A DNA stretch of 61,462 nucleotides, filler included, from Choristocarpus tenellus KU-1152 (GCA_964200185.2; 12 parts of 12 records of this genome joined end to end with filler, not necessarily neighbours in it); one strand, 5' to 3'. Positions 12,800-26,468 are shown, numbered from the whole stretch's first letter. The notes: a model not told the origin generated them from the letters alone. Made by a program: numbers and translations.

Positions 12800-15700
12800 A
12801 ATTTTATAGTGAAGAAGTTGGATAAATCATTATTTAATTCATTTGTATTTCACAAATCAGAAGAAAAATAATGTCCAAATATTTGTATACGAAGGCTGAA
12901 GGAGTCATCAATAAGTACAAATAATTTCTAACCTGGAATCTTGTACCACAAATCATCTACTGAGTACAACTCAATGTTGAAGAAGGATGTACAAATCCCC
13001 ATTTGTCAATGTAACCTTCCTAGTTACCATGTACACATACATGATTTGTAGATATCACTCACCATTTTATCAACATGTATAACTGTCTTGTTTTATGTAT
13101 GAAGAGAAATAACTGTGTGTTGGTGATCTGAAGTTGTGATTTAACAGGAAAGAACAATCGTTTATTAATCTTACAAACGTTGTGATTAATAGGAAAGAAC
13201 AATCTTGTACAAATCTTATCCTCTCGAAATTTGATAGGAAAGAACAATCGTGTACAAATATTGGGTTACTAATACTAATATTTCATACAGCACTTCGTTC
13301 CTTATTGTTCCATCAAGGGTATAAAAAAATCACTCCCCCTTCTAAACTAACACAGTGTGGAACCCTTACTATGGTGCTGGATAACATGATATGTGTAGTG
13401 TATCATGTTCATGTTCCTTAACTCTTAGAAGTTGAAAAGATGCATATTGGTGGTCAGTGGTCGCATCTTGCATGTCCGTATCACCACTCCTGTAGTACTG
13501 CAAAGAAAACTACAAATATTTCTTGGTACGACTGGTCCCTCCTACCTAAAAAGGTGTACAAAGTGGTGGTGTATAAATAATATCATTTTGCCCTTAAGCA
13601 TTCTGCAGATTTGTAAGGGAAAAGTCAAACCAATATTGCAATGACATTTCCCTCAGATTAATGCCGTTCCTATCAGTTATACATGTTAAAACACATCGCC
13701 ACAAATCTTCTATTTTAGAGTTAGCCCATTCATTTGTGGATCTGAATTATTTGTGCTCATTTTACGTTTTTTGTGAGCGGTGTGGGACAGATCTCTCAAC
13801 AACAAAATGAAATGTTGACAAATCAACGCATTGTGATTTATACGACTTGTCTTGACAAGGAAGGGAAAATTATTGTGGATGGAATCAAATCAATGTAGTT
13901 CTACCAGTGAACCTGTTGTGCATCTTTTGCACATAGGAGAGTGGTACGTAGTACGAATAGTTGTATATTTTTATTATAATAAATGCTCTCTGAAATTTTG
14001 TAGACGTGCCAGGGAAAAAACGAATGAAAACTATTCACGTCTGAAAAATCCCTGAGGACGTAGCAGTTGTCACAAAAGTGAAAAAAACGTTATCTATTTT
14101 TCTATTTTACTACTACATATCTATATTGTACTACTGCCTTCCTGTGTCTCAAACCTATTCCTGCACCCCAGGGTGAGAAGCTAGGGAAGCATTCCACGAA
14201 TATAATAACCCCCTCCTTGCCCGTCTCCCTGATGACTCCAGCTTAAAACGCATGACCCATCTAGATAGGGCTACTTGCGCTGTGACTGAGACTATCTGGC
14301 GTAGGCGGGATTTGACGGCACCTTTTCTGGTGTAACCTCCAGTTCCTCTCACCCCTACCGCGTGTGTAGCTAGCTCATCCTGGAAAATTTCCGCTTGCTT
14401 ACCGAGGCGCCTAAAACTTTCCACCGCGAAGGTGTTGAGGTTGTAACTACGAGGATCAAAAGAGCCATCGTAGTGGGTTCGCCTAACCCTAACCCTAATA
14501 CTTGTGTATGTTTCATAAACGAGTGAGTGGTATGACGAACATTTCTAAACGTTCTCGTAGATGGAGGAGTGGTACTACAAATATTTTATACGTGGACAAA
14601 TCAAATCCGATTTGTTACTTATAAACCAATCTGTGGACCCTTCTATCATAAATCTGAGTTATTAGTTGTACACATTAAGGTATACGGTGACAAGTCAAAG
14701 GTTTAAGAACTCCTTCATTTCTGGATCCGGAATAATTTTTACTCGTTCATATTTGTGAGAGTGCTACATATGCGACAAATCTTCTGACAACAAGATGAAA
14801 TGTTGACAAATCAACATAATGTGATTTGTACAACTTCCGTTTATAATAAGGGCAAATGATTGTGGACGACATATATATATATAGTTTTCATTGGTTTCCC
14901 CCCTGACACATCTGCAAAATGTCAGAGGGCATAATAATAAAATTATTGTGGAGGGATTCATATCAAGGTATTTGTACCGGGCAACCGTTTGTCCGTATTT
15001 TGGAGATTAGGAGAGTGGTACGTACGAACAAATGTGTTTTCATAGACTGCAATAGATGGAATATTCCATCATGTTTTGAACAAGGAGTGTTGATACGGAC
15101 ACACAAAATGAGACCACTGACCACCGATATAATATATGGAATAATAGTCGGGTTCACCTTTTCAACAACTTCTAAATCTGAAGGAAAACCAACATGATGA
15201 CTCGACATACAACATCATGTTATCCACGATTGATTGTAGTACCATTTCTACAGTGTGTTAGTTCAGAACGGGGAGTGTTTTTTTTACACTGTGCATGGGA
15301 TAACAAGGGAACGAAATGGTTATGAAATTACAGTACTAGCACCTAAGATTTGTACACGATTGTTCTTTCCATCGAATTTCAACAGCATAAGATTTGTACG
15401 CAACCGTTCTTTCCCATTAAATCACAACGCAAGATTTCTACACAATTGTTCTCTCTTACTATTGACAACATAAGATTAATTCAAGAATTTTGTTTCCTCC
15501 TACTAAAATCACAGCGTAGGATCTTTTGTTGATATAATAAAATGATGACTGATATCTACAAATAATGTGCATGTATAGTAACCATCAAGGTTGAATCGAC
15601 AAATCGGGATTTGTTCATCCCTAAGTATTGAGTTGTACTGAGTACATGATTTCTGGTACAAGATTCCAGGTTAGAAAATGATTGTCCGACGTGTGAAACG

Positions 15701-16340
15701 ATTTCTTGGTACAAATACATTGATTTTAATCCCTCCGCAATCATTTTGCCCTTGACACGACAAGTTGTTCAAATCACAATGCGTTCGTTCATTTGTCAAC
15801 ATTTCATCTTGTTGTCCCAAGATTTGTCCCACTCTACTCTCAGAAACATGAACGAGTACAAAAATGAAAGAGCTAACTCCGAAAATCTTTGACTTGTGAG
15901 GATATGCGTTAACGTACATAACTCAGATTATGACAGGAACAACCATTTAATTGTCGAGAATTAATTCGTACACCACAAATCGGATTTGATTAACTGACGT
16001 GTAAAATCTTTGAGGGACATTGTTGCATTGTAGGTAATGTGGCACACATAATGATGCCACTCATTTGTTCTTCACAAGTCAGTAGGAAAAAACGTATAAA
16101 TAGTGTAGTAAATATTGAAGGAGTGGTGAAGATGCATAAATCATTTCTACTTAGGAATATTGTACCACAAATCATGTGCTATTCAGACAAGTCAACGTTG
16201 AGGAATGATGTATAAATCCTGAGTTGTCGATATCATCAACTTGTTTACTTAGCATGTACATATGACTTGTAGATGTATCACTCACCATTATATGAACATG
16301 TATATGTGCTCGGTCCATTGAGAGAAGATGACTACTGCGT
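12800..16340. repeat. Cluster of diverged AT-rich repeat modules in both orientations, including a ~41-bp minisatellite
   Basis: 12900-13260 is inverted at 15345-15675 and direct at 16100-16330. 13640-14040 is direct at 14640-15050 and inverted at 15680-15930. The ~41-bp unit is AAGATTTGTACACGATTGTTCTTTCC... Confidence 0.8.
14090..14481 (-). mobile_element. 5'-truncated non-LTR retrotransposon 3' end (restriction-like-endonuclease type, CRE/R2-like)
   Basis: Translation SFDPRSYNLNTFAVESFRRLGKQAEIFQDELA..RLRQIVSVTAQVALS resembles the FxxxAVExxGxLGxxAxxF..LS end of RLE domains. It is followed by a TAG/A-rich tail and abuts (TTAGGG)3 at its 5' truncation. Confidence 0.65.
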
Positions 16341-16719
16341 ATCGGTGATCTGTCCCAACCTCATCTAACAGCGTATTCTCAAATTGAGGATGGAGCATAC
16401 TATGGAGGATGGGTTAGACCCAAAATTGACCGGGAAAAGTGTCGATATGTTTTTTTTTGTAAATGTTGCGGCACTTTTTAAGGGCCCCTTTTTGATGGGA
16501 TGTATTTTCGTTCAAAACTATTTCGGTGCTTGTGNNNNNNNNNNNNNNNNNNNNNNNNNNNNNNNNNNNNNNNNNNNNTTAATTAATTAANNNNNNNNNN
16601 NNNNNNNNNNNNNNNNNNNNNNNNNNNNNNNNNNGTGTGTGTTTTGTGGCTTTATTTTGGCGGCTGTGTATCATAGGGGGGGGGGCTGATTGGGTAGACT
16701 AGTGGGAAAAGGGGGGTCA

Positions 16720-17560
16720 GAGGGGATAGGCATAGTCCAGAGATTAGAGTTTCAGGGTAGAGGAAAGTGGAGTATGATAGCCCTTGGGGGGTGGTAAGAG
16801 AGAAAAGAGTGCAGGGGTGAGGGAAGGAAACAGAGGGGTCAGGATAGGTAGCGAATTTAAGGAAGACTTGTACGGGTGGGGGTGGGTGGTAGGACGAGGG
16901 TTGGTGGAAAGAAGAGAGAGCTTGAGTTTCCAGTTATGGGATATGTGGTTAGACCACCAGAGACGACAGGGTACTCAAATGCGTGGTTTACAGAAGTAGG
17001 AGGCTACAACGTGGAGACGGATAACTAGTGGAGGTATGAGTACCCGGAGTGCATGAAGGATATCGCATGAAGTGTGATAATGGAGAGGGAGGAGTATATC
17101 AATGTACTAGAATTGTTGAGGATAGTAGTGAATGCGTGGTTATTGGTATTGAAGATAGTGGGAAGGATAATAAATGGAGACCCAGTATTGTTCAGAGGAG
17201 ATAACAAGTCTGCAGTGCATTGGTTTCGTAAGTGTGGGGGGGCAAGAGTTTGGAGGGCGGGAGGATTGATGAGGATAATGGGGGCGTTAGAGGTAGCAGT
17301 GGAATGGTCGTTTACAGCAGAACATTCTAGTGGGAAGAACAATGATCTGGCAGGTGGAATATCAAGATGGGATAAGGAAAAGACTCGATCTAAGCTCTAA
17401 CATGCTCGTCCACGTGTTGACTGGTCGGAACAGCCCCTGGGTTGGGAATGGAAGATGATGTGTTTGAGTGCCTTTCAGTCCTGTACACCAGAGGCTCGGT
17501 TGCGCCATCTACTCAGAGGTGTCACAAGAGACCTTGGGAACAGTGGTGGGACCCTAGAAG
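16720..17560 (+). mobile_element. DIRS/Ngaro-type (tyrosine-recombinase retrotransposon) RT-end/RNase H relic
   Basis: YINVLELL..VLFRGDNKSAVHW..GG..AEHSSGKNNDLAGGISRW fits the DIRS RNase H pattern INxLEL / DNxxAV / HIxGxxNxxADxxSR. Upstream is SNAWFTEVGGY (degenerate SDAS..GG) with an in-frame stop. Confidence 0.8.
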
Positions 17561-17949
17561 TCGAGAGTTGTATGTTGTGAAGGCTCGAGTGGAGTTTATG
17601 TCAATCTGTTGCAGGAGTAAGGGGAACCAAATAGGGAAGAATTAAATGAGAAAGAAGCAAAAATAATATCAAAAACGCGTAAGAATTATACCTGAAGTAG
17701 AAAAACACCAGCATCGGCAAGAAAACGTAGAGGAAGAGGGACAAAATGCACAAAGGATGCAAGAGAACATGCTCACAAAGAGAACGTGTGTTGTTTAATT
17801 GACCTCTAAACATGAGCTCAAACAAATTATGTACTGATATCTTGATGAAATAAATGCACCTAGTATATGTTGGGAACAACTATACATGAGTGAGCGCACA
17901 GGTGAGATTGCACGAGAGGACGTGAACTGGTACCAGTAAAGTGCTTGGT

Positions 17950-19020
17950 TTTACACGTTACAGTTGTGAGAGGGGCTCTAAGTGGTTGGAAAAGGTTATT
18001 TGGGGGGAATTAGTAATCTTTTTCTTAAATCTGTTTCAGGAGTCCCAGTATATGGCCAAAAAGGAAACATGCTCCACAAGCTATGCTACATGAATTCCAT
18101 GAGACAGAGAAGAAATAAATGTAGTCCATCATACGGAACGACGTTTCTTGTGAAGGTGCTGACCAGTGCTTGGCAACACGCCTTCCACCGCCGGTGTCCG
18201 TGGGTATGGGATCGGCAACACGCTTTCCATCACCAGTGTTGGTGGGCATGGGATCACCACTAGCATTGGGAAGGGCATTGCATAATGCGCACACACTTCC
18301 ACTACAAACTTTGGTGGCAAAGAGTCTGGGTCCTGGCACAGTGGAGGAGTTAGTGAACAATACTTGCAGCATATCAGGTGGAGCCTGTGATGGACCTAAG
18401 GGCCTCTTCATCCCCACTGTAGGGGCTGCATCCGCCTCAGGAGGACTAAGTCAAGTATCGCGTTTGGTGTGGCAATCCCCTAGCCTAGCCTTGCCATGAC
18501 AAAACACTTTTGACCTTTCGCATGCGGGATGCAATAAAATGATTGGTACCTTATCCTTCTTGCTTGTAGAATTGCGTGAGTCTGTGCCCCCTAAGAGCCA
18601 AAGTATCTTAGAGGGTAGAGCCGCGTCCATTTGGGAACCAAAATCTAATGTTGCGATTTTAATATAGTTTTGGCTACCGTGTTTGTTAGGATGTGTCAAC
18701 ATCCTTGTTCTGGACACACCTTTTCATGATGTGTATATTTTTTACCTCCTCTGAAATGTTTTGTAATACAATGGGAAGCCAAGCCCCAAACAGACAAAGA
18801 GGGCAAAACTCGTACCCTCTATGATACTTTCACTCATAATTAAGGGCGAATACCCACAGGCATGAGGTGGGAACGGCAAGAAGATCCAAGCTTCCATATT
18901 TCACAATGGTCAGGACAGGACAAAACCAAGCAGAATCATCACGGTAAAAGGACATTGGACAAGGGGCTCATTTAGGTTGCACAAAATATCCGCGATCTGG
19001 GTCCTCATTACGTATACACT
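17950..19020 (-). mobile_element. Decayed DNA-transposon fragment, copy 1 (possibly hAT N-terminus); interrupted by a MITE-A copy
   Basis: Clear direct homology with 21830-23020 (e.g. ctttggtggcaaa..tctgggtcctggca; cacaatggtcaggacaggacaaaacca). Broken minus-strand frames with Cys/His residues are reminiscent of a BED finger; that family call is inference. Confidence 0.45.
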
Positions 19021-21829
19021 ACGGAGTACTTGTTGATACTATTATAGGATACTATTATTCCGGTACTATTTTGTGCTTCACTGATGTACTTGCTTTCTTT
19101 GTTAGTTGAGCATTGAGTGGTAATACTGTTTGTACATATTTTTCAAGTTTGCAAAGAAAAACATTACTACTTAATAGTATTAACATTCCATTTACTGTAA
19201 TTGTGTGAGATGAGAGGGATTAGTCGATGAAGGCTTCATTCCTATTGTCAGAAGATGCTCACGTGGTATGTTGCTGTCATGTTGAAAACCGATAAGCAAC
19301 ACATGGTATCGCGGGTGATGTAGTGTTATAATTTTTTTGTTGGTGCGACACTGTTTTGTAGGTGTTGTGCCCCACTGTGTCAATAGTATTGCGCTTCTAC
19401 GTAAAAGCATATATATATATATATATATATATATGCATACAGACTGTATACATGCTGGTTTGTGCCAAACCAATTGAGATGTAGGCAGATTTGAACCCTT
19501 TTTACATTTCAAGTCGTCTTTCATACCCTATGCAACACACTCTATTTCATTGCTATTTGTTCAAAATAACACCCTCAAAATTTATGTTCCCCCGTTCCAC
19601 ATAATTCAGCAAAGGCTCTTTCTGTAATTGTACAAAACGACATTTCCTTACCCTTTCTTGGGATCCTTGAAAAGCAAATATTTGCCAACCTCTCAGTTGG
19701 TTTATCTCTTTTTCTTTTGGTTCATCATTTGCTCCAAATCGATTGAGTGAAATTCACATTGATACAGGCAAGGTTAAATTTCTAGGACACCGTTAGTCAG
19801 GACCTGATATGGAGTATGTACCTTACAAATGAGTGTAATGTGTATGTTGTGCTTGATGTGAGAATGTTGGACAGTTGCAGTAGTGGTGACAAAAGGGTAA
19901 TCATTGGATCCGAGATAGGCATTCTTCTATGTTATGTAGTAGAACTGCACGACAGAAGTGCACAAATAGCTGTTATTGCGATAGGTGGTGAAAAAGTAGA
20001 GTCTCCCCCTTCGTCGTCTGCCCCACTTCCCTCTCCTACCCCGCCCGTTCCAACAGCTCCAACTAGGGAGTGTACAATCAAGAGAGACAACAAAGCTCCC
20101 GTGGTTTTCCCGCTTAGCACATCAATGGGAGTCCGTCTGTATCCTGAGGAACAGTTTCTTTAGGAGTCAGAGTCCATCATGGGGTCGGGTCTTTTTTGAA
20201 AATTATGTTACTTCCATCATCCAGCTGCTGTTGGTATGTCGATGAAATCAACCGGGAGTGATTGGAGAGTAAAGTGCCCTTAAACAAGATAAGCACTCCA
20301 CAGCATATGAATGATGCAGGGGGATGTTTTGATCTAGGCCACCAAAAATCGACTGCTATGCATACTTTTTCGCAGGGAGCTACTACACAGTTATGGCTGG
20401 CAACCCACAGTCTGACATACACGAGAAAGAAAGCACATACTCTTCATCGATTGTGTTACTCGATCCACTCATTTTACACACGCACTTGTTCAACATTCTT
20501 GGACCCTTAGGGTTATGGCCCACAAGGGAGATGATTAATGTATGAATGAACAAATGCAGTCCCGAGGAAAAACATATATTCTCGAAAGATATGAACTCAA
20601 AGATGGAAAAACAAAAGACCTAATGAATGAATGATATCCAAGCAAACATCAGAACCAGCATCAAGGGTCGCAAGGCTCATGTGGTATCCATCCACAGTTA
20701 CGCACACACACACATAGACAAATACAAGAACATCAAAACAAAGAGACTGTTCCAGTCCAATCCAGTCCCACACCCTCCATTGAGGTTGCACAAAGATACT
20801 ACAACTACTACCAAGGAGGGTAACCTAGGTTAGACACAGTATCCTAGAGGGGGGCTCAGGCTTCCATTCAGAACTTGTGTCACCCTGTAGTGATTTAAGT
20901 TTCATCCGAGTTATCGTGCCAGATGTACGGAAAACTTCCTTCACCTGAGTGTACCTTCCTTTTCCATCCCCCTGACTAGACCAAATTTCAAGAGTATCAC
21001 CCACAAATTTTCCATCAAACTGGGGTATCCTACAACACCTCATCAAGCCCCAAATGGACAACTTGTCCCAAACGTACAAACCCACTACATTTCTATGGGC
21101 CCAGATCCTGTTTGCAACACAGTGCTCAGCAGTCGGTTTTTTACAGCAACAGTAACCTGTTTGGCGATCTCTGGAAATGAAACCGAGGATAGTCAGGGAC
21201 CATCGCTCATTTGTGCCTTACATACAATATTATCAGAGGTGTGTGCTCATTTCAACTCCCTTGCAGACCAGGAACCCCATATACACCACAAGGGGAATTG
21301 TGCAGGGCTAGTCCTCTGCATTTTGCCTGCACCTTGGGTGGACATGCTTACCACTCACTGTGTCTCAATGTCATTATCAACTACTCCTCTCAAACAACGT
21401 ACCACACACTAACTAGAATACGTTTACACCGAGAAGCTCACAAAAACAAGGTGAATAGATAAAAGAACGACACAATGTAAGCCACCTCCATCAGTACCTA
21501 ACAATGTGCCCCCCAGTACCCCCTATACCACCACCCCTTGGTTTACACATTCACACTGCAGAGTGAGTGCCTGTTGTCAGTCCAATGACTGCCAGGCACC
21601 ACATTCATTCCACCCCTTCTGTGTGGACGGACCTTAAGCCACGCCTAAATAACAGATACTGTTTTAATTGATCGCCATCACCACAGTGACACCCCACTCT
21701 TGCCACAGCCCCGTTGCCTCCTATTTCGGTGCAAGTGTGGATGACTAGGGAGCTCAATACAATACTATAAGAAATTAATCAGTTTTGCCATTTTAACACC
21801 AAGTGCAAACATTTACCCATATCAGGGGG

Positions 21830-23020
21830 ATATGGACGGATTGGTGGAGAAGAGCAGGAGTAGACTCAGTCAAAACACCTCCCTGCCAACCAACATGAAT
21901 TCCGTGAGACAGAAAAAAAATGTAGTCCCTCATACAGAGTGACGCTTCTTCTGAAGGTGCTGACCAATGCTTGGTAATACACTTTCCACCACTGTTGTAG
22001 GTGGGGCATGTTGGTTCTCCACTGGTATTGGGATGGGCATCGAATAGTGGGCAGGCACTTCCACAAGCTTTGGTGGCAAAAAATCTGGGTCCTGGCAAAG
22101 TAGAGGACCTAGTGAAAAATACTTACGGAGCTTATCTGGTGGAGTCTGTGGTGAACCTAAGGGTCTCTTTATCCCCACTGTAGAGTCAAAGTATCTTAGA
22201 GGGTAGAGTCATGTTCATTTGGGGGACAAATTCCAATGTTGTGATTCTGATGTAATTTTGGCTATCTTGTTTGTTAGGAAGTGTCAATATCCTTGTTCGG
22301 ACACACCTTTTCATAGCGTATGCATTTTACTTTCTCCGAAACTTTTCGGAGGAGGTAAAATGTCATAAAAACCCGTGGGAAGCCAAGCCCCAAATGGACA
22401 AACAGGGCAAAAATCGTACCCTCTAAGATACTTTCACTCTGTAGGGGCTGCATCTGCCTCAAGAGGACTCAGTCAAGTATGGCGTTTGTTGTTGTGATCC
22501 CCTAGAGCCTTTGCCACAACAAAACACTTTCGGCCTTTAGCATGCATAATGCATAAAGGATCGGCATCTTAACCTTCTTGTTTGTGGGATTGTGTGGGTC
22601 TGTGAAAATTGGGACACCATCAAAGTAGACTCACCGGTGTTTGGCAGTCACTTTCCAGCTACTAACTCCTTTTAGGCATGATTTGATAGGTTTCCTCTGG
22701 GGGTCATTCCTACATGTTGAGTGGAACCACCCATACCTCTGTCAGGTGGTAACCTCGCTCCTCCACAGTGTTTGCTCTATGGTGCCTCAATTGCAGTTCC
22801 CCCGCAAGAGAAAGGTGCACGGGGGAAGGTTTGGAACCAACAAATAATTCAGGGCAAATATTGACGGGTGAGAGATGGGAACGCCAAGCTTCCACATCTC
22901 ACAATGGTCAGGACAGGACAAAACCAAACAGAATCATCACGGTGCAAGGACGTCACTCAAAGGTCTCCTTTAGGCGGCACAAAACAACCAGGATCTGTGC
23001 CCCCATTATGAATATACTCC
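21830..23020 (-). mobile_element. Decayed DNA-transposon fragment, copy 2; interrupted by a MITE-A copy at a different site
   Basis: Diverged direct repeat of 17950-19020. It contains a segment (~22600-22850) absent from copy 1. Confidence 0.45.
22183..22439 (+). mobile_element. MITE family A (~250 bp), type copy; others at 8667-8925, 10346-10611, 18595-18835, 33831-34088(-), 44019-44265, 45418-45676(-), 48742-49203 (variant), 59373-59639
   Basis: TIR GAGTCAAAGTATCTTAGAGGGTA...TACCCTCTAAGATACTTTCACTC, with TSD TGTA confirmed by the empty site CCCCACTGTAGGGGCTG at ~18412 in the paralogous repeat. Confidence 0.92.
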
Positions 23021-23151
23021 ACGCACTATTTTATCGTACAGTATTCATACTACACCCATTTATATACATACACACATATCTTGCCCACACCAGTCGTGTT
23101 TGAACCCGTCTGATGCTGGGGGACCCCGAAACACTCAACAATCTTCCTCAC

Positions 23152-23450
23152 CTTGACGTAATCAACCGAGGTATGTCTTGGATGGGCAACATAAGGCGCT
23201 CATCCACACCCGACGATGCTTCGCCCTCCCTCGGCGAGGTAGGTCCTCCACAAGAACGGCCTGCTCTCGCAGGAACAGGGGAGTGCTGCTCTCTTCTCCC
23301 ATTGTCCTGGTTAGGACTCAACTCCTCCAAATCGAAACAAGAGTCTCGGGAGAATTCTTCGACAACCGAAAATTCAACAGGGAAAAGCTCCACGGATATC
23401 GCTCGCTCCTCCTCTGCAATCGGAGGGACACAATCTGATGCGGAGCACAT
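23152..23450 (-). CDS. Putative first exon of an unidentified gene divergent from the ALMT-like gene
   Basis: ATG-initiated open frame MCSASDCVPP..IPRLITS ending at a GTGAGG donor. No recognisable domain, and downstream exons were not identified. Confidence 0.3.
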
Positions 23451-24635
23451 TTCGGTTCGATCCGTTGTCAGGTATGGCGTGTTGGGCTAGGTTTCTGAAC
23501 GTACACCATGCTTAAGGGGAGAAGAGTGACAGGTTAGACCCAACAATGAAAGAGGTCGATAACACAAGATCTTTTGCAAGAGGATTAGGTTACTGTGTTA
23601 AGCGCAGCAGCGAGACCCCCTTGCTCTCGGGAGCCAGATTTATCTCAAACGGATCGTGTCACCCTGGTTGGTGTCTCATGGCGATTATGTGGTGGAAGTG
23701 AACCCACCTCCAAATGTGCCCTGTACCGAAGGCGCAGAGAAAGTGCTTCCCTTCCGACAAACGGGACTACTCTTCTCAATCAAGGCACGCTGAGAACAAC
23801 CTCAAGCAGTGCAATTATCTTCATGATCCACACATGGTTTTGCATTGGAGAGAAAATGCTGACATGAGACGTGCATGTCGCTTCGTAGTGCAAAGTCGTT
23901 AAGTTATAAACGAGCATGCTTGACTGGACTTGAGGCAGCACGAGAGGGATCGACAGACGAGACTGAAACCGTCAATCAGCATACTAAACACTCTCCTGAA
24001 GGAAGAAGTGGGCAACATGTCCATACCATCAACCATGGAATCAATTCGCTTGGTCTCGCAATGCATCGTACTTTTCCTCCTGGGAAATCAGCGGCGTTCT
24101 CACTCAGGAAAACCAGGATGCGACCAATACCCGTTTGGAGTATTTGTCAAGCACAGTCTTCGTGTTTAAGTTACAGGTGGTCTTCAACATGTGTGTAAGG
24201 TACGCGGGAGAACTGACATACTTTTCGACCAATCATATAGACACATGGACATGGACATTTGTTGCTAATCAAGGGATTTGTCGGTGGAACTTGGTGTTAG
24301 AAGTTTATTGTATAGACTAGAGAGGTACAACCCCAACTATCGTTTGCACTTCGGTCGTACACCACAGAAGTCCAGTACCTGCATATCCCTCCCTATAACT
24401 TGGTTATGACTGAATTGCCAAATTTCAGCAACCTTTGTAAAGTTATTGATCAGGAAATGGCAAAGGCTCGACCGAGGTGTGTACTTCAGAGTAGTGGTTT
24501 TTCTTGTGCCTTAGAACCTTACACCTTTCTTGGATATGGCACGTTTATCTGAATACTAGAATAAAACCAATAGCTTTCTTGAATAAGAATCGAGGTTTTT
24601 TCTTCTGTCTGTCCAAACTCCTCCTCCCGCATCAG

Positions 24636-26468
24636 GTCTGCTTTGTTGTCATTGCTCAGTGGGACGGATTGGCGGCCAAAGCTCAGCAGGAAGGCAGCTC
24701 GGCAGGCTGTGCAAGCCGGAATATCCATGGCGATCGCCAGCCTGGTGAGATAGGTCATTGCTCGTGTGAGAGAGTATCGTTCATTCTCAGCTAGTGGCTT
24801 ATCTCTGTCTCTCTCTCCCAGCTGTATCTTGATTTTGACCAGGGTCTCCTCAATATTCGTCTGAAGCACCCATTTCTACCTCCTTGATTGCATTGACCTC
24901 TGCAGTAATGACAAGAGGTCGTTGCTATTCCTTTGTGCCCGAAATCCTATTGCTTACCAATGCTGGTAACACTTTCCTTTGTGAGAGAAAATCTACCTCA
25001 CAGATTGGACCGGCTCATCGTATATTCCTTGTGCCAAGGCTTTGGAATCTTTAACCTGTTTCTGTTGAATTGTTACCTTAGGTAGGATCCTATACCCCTC
25101 TAAATTTCTCCATGATATCTTCTGTGGGCAGTTATACAGCGTGAACATCGACAGTCATGTGTTAAAGGACATACATCGAATTGAAACCAACCCTGACACT
25201 GGCCTGGAGCCTTTTTGCAGTGTCTAGAACCCTCCACAATGCCTAGTCTCAACGGTATGCCAATCCCTCAGACTTAATGCTTCTCCCGCGAGCTCTAGGC
25301 TGCTGCTTGCTTAGCTCCAGATAACTATCCGTTCCCCTTACCATTGATTACAGTTCGCGTATGTCGCACCGCTAAGGACAACGGGATTAGGGTCCAAGGC
25401 CTCATGGATCATGATTACCACCCTTGTCGTCCAGGTAATGACAGCAGCACGATTGTATTCTAGTGAGTGAGAAGAATGACCCACAGCACCCTTTTCTTGC
25501 TATTATCTTCTTTCCTCCCCACTACGCCTACTACAAGCATGAAGTCGGAGGATTTTAAATACAAGGGATAGCGGCCCTCACCCACCCCTGGCCCTGCTCG
25601 CAAATACTTGGCCACATCTTTGGCTTCTTCTGAAGCAGACAATATTAATATAGAGTACTCAGCGACGGAAAGGAGAACCGTAGAACCTCAAAGGTATGAT
25701 ATGCATCCCATCCCAGTGCATCCTCACCTGGGTTATTTCAGTTCATTGAGACAACAGATAACTCTATGCGGTCCACCTCCTGTCACGATTCTATTTGCTT
25801 GTTTCCCTTGTGTGCATGTCTCATGTCCACCTCTTGTCCCTTGTGTGCATGTCTCCCTCGGTCTCCTTACCATGCCTACTACTTCTGCCCCTTCTTTCGC
25901 ATCGCGACAACTTCTTGTTCGTGATGAACGGACGACGTCACCGAATACGCTGTTTCGGCATGTAAATCTCTGTTTGATGTCCTCTTTTACAATCATGGGG
26001 AATGGTTTGAATCTGTTCCTGTTGGGTGGGCGGGCCAATGAATGAACAACAGGAAAAAACGGTAATTGAGTCCTTCCGCAAGTGCTTCAACAGGTTGGCA
26101 GGGACCGTCATGGGGGCTGCCTTGGCTCTGGGACTGGGAGCAGGTGACACAGGAAGGCGTTTGTACTGTACACTTTATCTGCACGCCTTCCTGCAAACGC
26201 AGTGCTCGTGCTGTCTGAGGACCTGGTCAAGAGTAGCACTGGAACAAGACAGGAAAAGGGGTTGGGGTAGATGAGCATCAACGAACACTTCAAGCACCTG
26301 TAGAACGAGCACAGCTGGGGAGTGAAACCGTCACCGCTGAGTGCATGGTTACCTCTTCAATACTTGCATAATATTTCTTTGTGACACAAGGAGGAATATA
26401 GTGAGGATGCCTGCGGGGAGCCAGCTTGGATTCTGCCCTCCCCCCAAGGAGTACCAAAAGTGGTTCAC
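24636..26468 (+). CDS. ALMT/FUSC-family (aluminium-activated malate transporter-like) membrane protein, exons 24636-24744, 25354-25434, 26053-26143, 26402-26468; possible upstream exon ending 24176; truncated by gap
   Basis: Phase-compatible splicing gives RKAARQAVQAGISMAIASL-FAYVAPL..KASWIMITTLVVQ-EKTVIESFRKCFNRLAGTVMGAALALGLGA-VRMP. This matches the ALMT/FUSC signature W(A)xxTVxVVxExTxG..KxxNRxxGT. Confidence 0.82.

Noticed and set aside
17572-17962. Possible second solo LTR (TGTTG..TTACA)
   Set aside because: The GTTGT flank duplication is off by one base and there is no second copy in the window.
20510-20523. GGTTATGGCCCA resembling a half-tRNA-Met Copia PBS
   Set aside because: Imperfect match with no preceding LTR end or downstream gag.
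24519-24869. 116-aa minus-strand ORF
   Set aside because: Antisense shadow of the plus-strand ALMT-like exon 24636-24744.
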